DNA from: Pseudobdellovibrionaceae bacterium
Lineage (GTDB): Bacteria; Bdellovibrionota; Bdellovibrionia; Bdellovibrionales; UBA1609
Reading direction: 5' to 3'
Length of the DNA: 64,000 nucleotides
Assembly: GCA_023898385.1 (NCBI GenBank)
Contig: CP060220.1
Coordinates: 1,228,993-1,292,992 of the forward strand
Below are positions 57,834 through 64,000 of this stretch, in pieces. The notes below the pieces were generated by a model that saw only the letters and a program-made list of their open reading frames with translations, made no database searches and was not told where the DNA came from. Made by a program: the position numbers and the translations under genes. Position 1 is the first letter of the stretch, and each line of letters begins with the position of its first letter.

Positions 57834-58107
57834 GCTTGCCTCCAATTTTGGCATAGGACTCACCCTGTACTGCTAATACAGTCCACTTTGATGAATACTC
57901 TTAATTCTAAGTGCTTAAATAGCAAAGGGTGTGCCTGATGACCAGGGCAAAACCTTTCCGCCAACTCTCCACCAGAAATCCGCCATTTTGATTTATGGTG
58001 AGTGATGTTCAGTAATGTAAAGTACGTGTCGATCCGACTAACTGATTGAAACCATTTGTTTATAATTTTAGTGATTTACCATTTTTTGAGCCTCGGCCAG
58101 GCTGTAA

Positions 58108-59996
58108 ATTACCGAGTAGCCGAGGCAGCTGGCATTACCACCAGCCCCTCAGCCCTCACCGAACCGTACGTACGCGTTCACGTATACGGCTCTCCCAGAT
58201 TAAAGCAAGCTACCTTGCTTGTGGTCGAGATGATTGGGTATCACACCTATAGGCTTTATAGGTCTCCATATGGTCTTGGCTACCTTCGTCAGTTTGCGCC
58301 ACGGCACCGGGCGACCGCCTCTCCGGTACTTCCGCTTGAGGTACTGGTAGATTTGGCGGCGTACGGAATGGAGTTCTCGGTAAATGATGCTGTTGCCGTT
58401 CGAATACCGAAAGTAATTGCACCAGCCTCGCCATACCGATTGCACCACATCCCGCGCCTCATTCATTGTAAGATGAACGTGGAGCTTCTCCTTGAGACTG
58501 GCCTTCAAACTGCGACGGGCCTTTTCTGATGGTTGCCTAGCAATCCAAAATCGCTCAGGGTTATCAGTGAAGGCCCGAAGGTGAATCTTAAACCCCAGAA
58601 AATCAAACTTCGATTGATGGCTACGCCGTTCATTGGTCATATCCACCTCTCGAGTCTTACTCTCTTTGAGACTAAGTTCTCCCTCGCGCATCCATATGTA
58701 TAAAAATCTTCGAGCCGTCTTGAGTTCAGCCTGCGTTTTTGCTGTAATCACAAAATCATCAGCATAACGGAATAGCTTCACCCTAGAGCTTTGCCCATAG
58801 ACTTCCATAAATCTTTCATCAAGCACATGGTGGAGGTAAACGTTGGCTAGCAATGGCGACAGCGGCCCCCCTTGCGGGGTCCCTTTACCACTGGGCTGCC
58901 AAGGCTTACCGGGCTCCTGAAAACCTGACTTAAGCATCTGGCTGATCAACCGGAGAATTCGGGGATCACAGATCTCTCTTGTCAGCATTTTTAAGAGTTT
59001 ATTGTGACTGACTTGATCGAAGAACTTCTCGATGTCAGCCTCCAAGATGTGTCGATGGCGGTAGACTTGTTGAGCCACTTTGGCTACACAATCTACCGCT
59101 TTCCTATGCGGCCGAAACCCATAGGAACAATCATGAAACCTTTGCTCGTAAACCACCTCCAATAGCAGTACGAGCACCCGTTGGACCACGCGGTCCTCCA
59201 GGTTAGGAATACCCAAAGGCCTTTGCTCCCCATTGCTTTTGGGGATGTAAGTGCGTTTGACCGGACCCGGTTGATAAGTCCTCACTCTGAGTCGCTCACT
59301 CAGATCTTTCACGAAATCCCATTCCTTGCCCTTAACCGACACTACGGTAACTTGGTCAAGACCCGCGCTACCGCGGTTCTTAATCACCAACTCTAGCGCA
59401 TCAGCCAGGAGGTATGGGTCTGTAAGATAGCGATATAGATCCCACTGCTTACGACCTTTCTTTGCATGCTCGGCCACCCGGATCCGAATGTGTCTTGTTT
59501 GTGGGCTAAGGGACATGTACTTCCTAGCCCCGGTTGGATGTTGGTTCATCTCAAGATCCTCATTACATACACAATTGCAAATCCAAGTTCCTTCTGGACC
59601 TGACAACCCCTTCCTCTGACTTCGTCCGTTGAGTCTCGACAGGTTTCCTTGTCTTCGTGAGTACTATGGGTGTCTCTGACTTCTTTTACGACACCTGATT
59701 GGAGCTTATTGACTTCACTCCTTTGGTTGTGAAGGCTTCAACCTCCTCCACTGTCTTAAAAGATCTCTCCGGTTAACTTCTATGACTCTCATTCACCCGC
59801 CCCCAGCCAGTGACAAGGATGCTGCCGTGAGGGCAAACCCAGAGTTCTCCCGCACAGTCTTGCCTTCTACGTCGCCAACCGCTTGGGCCTAGCATCGTCT
59901 TCCCAGCGAGATGAGAGCTTCGAAGGAGCGAGGCTCATCGAAGCCGCCTTATTAGCTGTTCACTTGTGTTGAGGCTGATGAATGTTACTTGCGCAC
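58108..59996 (-). mobile_element. group II intron (~1.9 kb, endonuclease-less, compact, class C-like size)
   Basis: 5' end GTGCGC at 59996 (GUGYG). Domain V at 58161-58192 is GAGCCGTATACGTGAACGCGTACGTACGGTTC, with the AGC triad. Domain VI has a bulged A at 58117, 9 nt before a ...AAT end. The RT ORF sits in domain IV. Ends are +/- a few nt. Confidence 0.8.
58200..59549 (-). CDS. group II intron reverse transcriptase/maturase (no HNH/En domain)
   Basis: Start MNQHPTG. RT motifs RPLGIPNLEDRVVQ, LEADIEKFFDQVSH, GTPQGGPLSPLLANVYL and RYADDFVI. Maturase X region WRGWCNYFRYSN. It ends shortly after domain X. Confidence 0.9.
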   Translation of the reverse strand: MNQHPTGARKYMSLSPQTRHIRIRVAEHAKKGRKQWDLYRYLTDPYLLADALELVIKNRGSAGLDQVTVVSVKGKEWDFVKDLSERLRVRTYQPGPVKRTYIPKSNGEQRPLGIPNLEDRVVQRVLVLLLEVVYEQRFHDCSYGFRPHRKAVDCVAKVAQQVYRHRHILEADIEKFFDQVSHNKLLKMLTREICDPRILRLISQMLKSGFQEPGKPWQPSGKGTPQGGPLSPLLANVYLHHVLDERFMEVYGQSSRVKLFRYADDFVITAKTQAELKTARRFLYIWMREGELSLKESKTREVDMTNERRSHQSKFDFLGFKIHLRAFTDNPERFWIARQPSEKARRSLKASLKEKLHVHLTMNEARDVVQSVWRGWCNYFRYSNGNSIIYRELHSVRRQIYQYLKRKYRRGGRPVPWRKLTKVAKTIWRPIKPIGVIPNHLDHKQGSLL

Positions 59997-60215
59997 AGTA
60001 CCTCGTGCCGCTTTTCGCCTGCTACTTAACTCCCGTGGGTCACCCCAACCGAAAGCCGCAGGAGGTTTTAGTCGGCGGGTCTGGGCCCTTCCGACACCAC
60101 TTGCCACAGCGAACGATCTTCGACAAATCGGCTGCGCCGATGTTCGACTCCCGAAGGGGCTTACATCTCGGAACGACTGTGAGTGGTAAAGTCATAGAGT
60201 CATCTTCGGACGAAA

Positions 60216-60284
60216 TGGAGGTGGCGGCCGGATTTGAACCGGCGTACACGGATTTGCAGTCCACTGCCTAGCCACTCACAGGGC
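60216..60284 (-). pseudogene. tRNA-Cys(GCA) lacking the 5' acceptor strand (att site / truncated gene)
   Basis: The minus strand reads ...GCCCtgtgagtggctAGGCaGTGGActGCAaaTCCGTgtacGCCGGttcaaatCCGGCcgccaccTCCA. The D-arm, anticodon arm (GCA), T-arm, U73 discriminator and CCA are present. The 7 nt that should pair with CGCCACC read tcaattt. Confidence 0.75.
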
Positions 60285-60471
60285 TTAAATTGAAAAAATC
60301 AAAGATTTAAAGGATTGCTAATTTAAGATTTCAACAACATTATATTGTTGTAATATTTACCTTATTTTAGCAATTTTGAGCAAAATAATCCACTTTTAGC
60401 TGTTAAATTATCAAATAAATGCTAATGTTATTTTAAATTGTTCCGATAGGTTGTTCTAAAAGGAGATTTGC

Positions 60472-61011
60472 GTGAAGAACCTCAGCGAAGTCGAAAAGAG
60501 CCTCCACGAAATTGTGGCCAACACCCACCCTGATCTAAGGGAGAGTCTGGAGTTCATTCTGAGACACCTTATGGACCGTAAGCGACATAGAGAGACCACC
60601 AATGTTCCACAGCTCTATTTCAAGCTAAAAGCTCAAGACGAGCCGAATTTGCCCCCTCTATGGCACTTCAAAGAAGTCTTTAGTCTCTTGGCAGAGGTTG
60701 GCGTGGGAAAACTGGATGAAACCACTCGTGATATGCGTTTTATGTTTCTCTATGAAGTTCAGTCCGTCGGGGCCTGTGGCCTGGGAAAAGGACACCTAAA
60801 ACTAACGCCGAACCAAGCCTCTGATGAAAATACTCAGCCCGAAGAGGAGTTGAGCCCCATGGCTTTGGTCCACAGAACTCTTTCTGTTGAAGTCCCTTTA
60901 AAAAACGATCGAAAAGCAAAGCTTACCCTTCCATTGGATCTAACCAATAGTGAATGGAAGAAGATCTATCAAATTGCGAGCAAAGCAAGGGAGAGCCGGA
61001 TTAAGAATTGA
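60472..61011 (+). CDS. gene X: hypothetical 179-aa protein (intact copy)
   Basis: GTG start after a AAGGAG RBS. Homologous to the pseudogene at 50969-51115. Confidence 0.6.
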   Translation: MKNLSEVEKSLHEIVANTHPDLRESLEFILRHLMDRKRHRETTNVPQLYFKLKAQDEPNLPPLWHFKEVFSLLAEVGVGKLDETTRDMRFMFLYEVQSVGACGLGKGHLKLTPNQASDENTQPEEELSPMALVHRTLSVEVPLKNDRKAKLTLPLDLTNSEWKKIYQIASKARESRIKN

Positions 61012-61087
61012 CAGCTGTACCACTTTAAAGACTCCAAAAATGAATCAAACCTTTGCACGTTAAAAAAAGAAAATTGCATAGATACAA

Positions 61088-61255
61088 GGCTATTCTGTGA
61101 GAGCTTTAGCTGAAGCAGTGGGGACCAGTCTTTCTCAGGTACAAAGAATGTTTTCAAGCACAGCAACCAAATGCACGCTAGAAACACTTATGAAGTTTTC
61201 GGTGATTACTGGAGTGGATCTCCATAGAATTCTTAAAATAAACAAGGCATCTTAA
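61088..61255 (+). pseudogene. 3' fragment of an XRE antitoxin gene (paralogue of 51504..51830)
   Basis: Reads GYSVRALAEAVGTSLSQVQRMFSSTATKCTLETLMKFSVITGVDLHRILKINKAS*, versus GYSVRGLAKAMGTSPSQVQRMFSITATKCTLETLMKFSVITGVDLHQILKTKKAS* in the intact gene. There is no start codon, and the toxin gene is absent. Confidence 0.8.
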
Positions 61256-61353
61256 GCCTCAACTCTTTTTATCTCCGCACTCCTCGAATTTATTTCACAG
61301 GGGAACTCTTCTGAGCCCTGACGAAACAAAGTTCAAGGGCCTTGGAGGTAAAA

Positions 61354-62334
61354 ATGAAACACTTAATTCTTCTCTTAACACTTACCATTCTGACAGGTTG
61401 TGGATCCAAGGAAAATTCACCACCATCAGCTCCACCTGTTGGCATCGAACCTTGTGTTGATTGCATTCCTGAAGATGACCCATTGGGGCGAATAACTAAG
61501 ACTGATTACACTCTTAATGACCTCTGGCAAGAGGGATTTCCGAAAGACAATCTTGATGCTGAACATCACACATACTTAAAAGGTAATGGTTTTGAGATTG
61601 CTCCTATTAAAAACGACCTGTATGGCAGAGCTTTTTACTTAGAAAAAGTTCATTGTGGTGGAATTACTGACCAAAGAACCTATGTTGGCTTCACTGATGA
61701 ATACACCAAAAACTCACAAATTCTTATTAGAATTACGGGAAATAGGATTGAGCAATTCTCCTACCGGACAACTATTAATTCCAATCCATCAGCCTATGCG
61801 CAAGTTGAGAAAATTTCCGAAGAGACTTGGGATTGCGTAGAGGGAGTTTTACATCGACCTGGGGATGTCAATTATGGAACTCCGGACAGCGACAACTATT
61901 TGGCTTTGGGATCTATTGCTGTTGGTAAAATAGGAACCTGGTTTGTATTGGCATTTCAAGATAACTCAATCAATCCGACACTTCCTGGCACCACAGAATA
62001 CTATCAGGTTCTTTATAAAAGTGGTTTTCTACAACCGACAAATAACCAAGAGATTACAATTGGCAAAAATAACCCAGCAAAGCTTATCTACTACGACAAC
62101 GGATTTATACAGTGTGAATACACAGCGAACTCAAACATTTTTAGCCAAATCATCTCAGGTAATATAAATACAAGAATTTTTACTGCGCACAGCGGGATCC
62201 AACAAGAGAAAGCTCACTTTATTCAAATCAAGAATCTTTCCGACAAAAATAATCAACCAAAAGAATGCATTTACGGGAATTTTTCAGAAGATTTAAACAC
62301 AAAATTTATTGATCTCGTCATGGCTTGCAAATAA
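61354..62334 (+). CDS. lipoprotein, unknown function
   Basis: ATG after a GGAGG RBS. MKHLILLLTLTILTGC lipobox. Confidence 0.65.
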   Translation: MKHLILLLTLTILTGCGSKENSPPSAPPVGIEPCVDCIPEDDPLGRITKTDYTLNDLWQEGFPKDNLDAEHHTYLKGNGFEIAPIKNDLYGRAFYLEKVHCGGITDQRTYVGFTDEYTKNSQILIRITGNRIEQFSYRTTINSNPSAYAQVEKISEETWDCVEGVLHRPGDVNYGTPDSDNYLALGSIAVGKIGTWFVLAFQDNSINPTLPGTTEYYQVLYKSGFLQPTNNQEITIGKNNPAKLIYYDNGFIQCEYTANSNIFSQIISGNINTRIFTAHSGIQQEKAHFIQIKNLSDKNNQPKECIYGNFSEDLNTKFIDLVMACK

Positions 62335-62344
62335 GGAGTGTGCA

Positions 62345-62941
62345 ATGTTTTTAGCTAAGCTTATTTATTTTTTATTACTTTTAAGTGAAATAATTCTAAC
62401 TGCAATAAAAATTCTCACCTTGATAGCCTTCACATTATTCCTAACATCTGTTCCCACTATTGGAGTCGGTCTATTTCTTGACCGAATTCCTTGGCCAGTA
62501 GACTTTCCTTTGCTTCTCATAATTGGGGCAGTAGCAACGGCCATGGCACTTTTTAAATTTACAATTGGTCAAGTGCGCAAGACAAAGAACCTTCTAATTG
62601 CCATCATATATAATAGAGAAGACTGTTTGATGAAAATTCAAAATCTATTTGAGCGAGATCAAAAACTTAGGGCTTCAATTGAATGCCTAGAAAATGAATT
62701 CCAAGCCAAAAAGGTCAAACTCGATGAACAATTGAAAAAGCAAGAGCTGGCCATAAAAGAAGCCAATATTAAAATGGCTCAAAATATAGAGAAGCATAAT
62801 AACCATATCATAAAGCTAAAAAACAACGTCGATCAGGAACTCCATGCTTATGCACTTAAAAAAGCCATAGAGCGTTTTGCCGGAGATAAGGCAATTGAAA
62901 AAGCGGCTCTGAAGAAAACTGGAAACGACTGGGATCATTAG
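62345..62941 (+). CDS. membrane protein (2-3 TM) with cytoplasmic coiled coil
   Basis: Start MFLAKLIYFLLLL after an AGGAG RBS. The C-terminal half is heptad-rich. Confidence 0.55.
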   Translation: MFLAKLIYFLLLLSEIILTAIKILTLIAFTLFLTSVPTIGVGLFLDRIPWPVDFPLLLIIGAVATAMALFKFTIGQVRKTKNLLIAIIYNREDCLMKIQNLFERDQKLRASIECLENEFQAKKVKLDEQLKKQELAIKEANIKMAQNIEKHNNHIIKLKNNVDQELHAYALKKAIERFAGDKAIEKAALKKTGNDWDH

Positions 62942-63162
62942 TGGGCATTGATCCAAATAGCAGCGTCGTCAATATGGGGCCAGAGCGGTCGAATTTTGAC
63001 AATTTTTGTCATTCCAGTCTGGCATTTTTTGTACTTATGATTTGATTGCCTTCAAAATCTTCTTCAGAACAAAAATATCAGCCTCTTAGACGATCTAAAC
63101 TAGGAATGGAATTTGTAATTACTGCAAGCGTAAATAAAATTGACACGTTTTTGGAGAAAACA

Positions 63163-64000
63163 ATGAAAAAGCTAATTCTTGCAGGAAGTTTAATAGCCTT
63201 ATCCTCAATATGGGTGGCATGTGATTCTAAATTTGTAGAATCCTCCCCTGATTCTGTCCAGCTCAGTGGTATAACACTTGATGAGCGATTAACTCAAAAG
63301 GCTGAGATTGATGAGAGAATCAATCAAATTGACCAAGGAGTTGAAAAGGTAAAAAGAATCATTGATCTGTTTAAAAAGATTCAAAACCCTGATCAAGCAC
63401 AAGATGTTTATACCCCGATAGATTTTGTACTTGATGTCAATGCAGAACTAAAAGCTAAAATCCCTGAAAACCGAGACGGTCGCCTTGTCCGATATAGCAA
63501 AATTGAACTTCCTCTCACAGTATTGTCTGAAGAATGCAGAACACTCCATACCTCCCTCGAATCAAGCGTCATCTACGAAGAGTCCGATGAGGAATCAACT
63601 ACTGAGTCTACAGAGAAAAAAGCCATCGGTGAGAAACTGACTTATTCTTTTCGTTCATGCGCTTCAGAAGAAAAGTACCTCGTTGCTGTTGAGGCTAACT
63701 GGATCGGTTCAAACTTAGAGATTAAGTTGAACAATGAAAATTTAGAAACAATTTTCAAAGACATCGTAGTTAACGAGGTTTTAAAAGATTCCGCATGTAG
63801 AATCACTCAAGACTCCGAGAAAATTATCGACACCATTCACTGCTCAAACATTAAGGTTCAACTTTCAAACAGTGAAGATGCCATGGTTAATGATATGATT
63901 TTCAATAATTCCGGTGAAGTTCGATTTGAAGCTAATGCCGATATTTTTGAGAATGCTCGCAAAAAAGCAACTTCAGAAATCACAGTCCTTGCGAATGGCG
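63163..64000 (+). CDS. lipoprotein, 5' part (runs off window end)
   Basis: Not in the ORF track because there is no stop. MKKLILAGSLIALSSIWVAC lipobox. The frame is open to the end of the window. Confidence 0.6.
   Translation, partial: MKKLILAGSLIALSSIWVACDSKFVESSPDSVQLSGITLDERLTQKAEIDERINQIDQGVEKVKRIIDLFKKIQNPDQAQDVYTPIDFVLDVNAELKAKIPENRDGRLVRYSKIELPLTVLSEECRTLHTSLESSVIYEESDEESTTESTEKKAIGEKLTYSFRSCASEEKYLVAVEANWIGSNLEIKLNNENLETIFKDIVVNEVLKDSACRITQDSEKIIDTIHCSNIKVQLSNSEDAMVNDMIFNNSGEVRFEANADIFENARKKATSEITVLANG

Larger units (their letters stand above)
51893..60240 (-). mobile_element. ~8.3-kb integrative element bounded by direct tRNA-Cys 3'-end cores (int, xis, HUH-Rep, HTH, TerS-like, cargo lipoproteins, group II intron)
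   Basis: Direct 25-bp repeats at both ends. Tyrosine integrase and excisionase at one end. No virion structural genes. Confidence 0.65.

Noticed and set aside
58200-59606. Reverse transcriptase as a retron, DGR or Abi-type defence RT
   Set aside because: It is flanked by a GUGYG 5' end and by canonical domains V and VI, and it carries a maturase X domain. It is therefore a group II intron ORF. No msr/msd-like or TR/VR repeats were seen.
59966-60271. ORFs 59966..60271 (+), 59989..60189 (+) and 60040..60264 (-)
   Set aside because: They span the intron 5' junction, the unassigned structured segment and the tRNA-Cys remnant, so a coding role is implausible.

Overview
This is a 64-kb bacterial chromosomal window. 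The core is roughly mid-40s % GC by eye, with visibly AT-richer segments at about 2.5-7.8 kb and from 60.3 kb onward. The gene content includes a sigma-54 activator, a type IV pilin-like gene, many lipoproteins and secreted proteins, and a large PAS hybrid kinase. That would fit a Bdellovibrio-like or deltaproteobacteria-type organism, but taxonomy cannot be established from this window. Recognisable housekeeping genes are sohB, greA, mgtE, arfB, nrnA, pdxJ, gloB, rpmG and the RNase P RNA (rnpB, type A, plus strand; the ORF track shows only a spurious antisense ORF there). The accessory content is dense. There are five toxin-antitoxin loci: RelE/HigB-like plus HTH, an AbiEi/AbiEii cassette, MazEF, a Gp49/HigB-like toxin plus XRE antitoxin, and a BrnA-like remnant. 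There is also a roughly 340-bp GC-rich long-hairpin (MITE-like) element. The most interesting region is an integration hotspot at 50.8-60.3 kb, marked by three direct copies of the 3' end of tRNA-Cys. It contains an ~8.3-kb integrase / excisionase / HUH-Rep / TerS-like element that resembles a phage satellite, carries two lipoprotein genes and hosts an endonuclease-less group II intron. It also contains a small remnant element, and a gene-X / toxin-antitoxin module is present twice with reciprocal decay. Other points worth a second look: the AbiE cassette sits between 38-nt direct repeats of the arfB 3' end. A textbook sigma-54 promoter with three upstream palindromes lies in front of the sigma-54 activator gene itself. 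There is a 479-aa pilin-like protein with four tandem Cys-loop repeats, a lipoprotein in which RCC1 repeats flank an FG-GAP block, and a ParA-like ATPase coupled to a disordered partner. All calls rest on manual reading of the sequence and the ORF track; no searches or folding were run.
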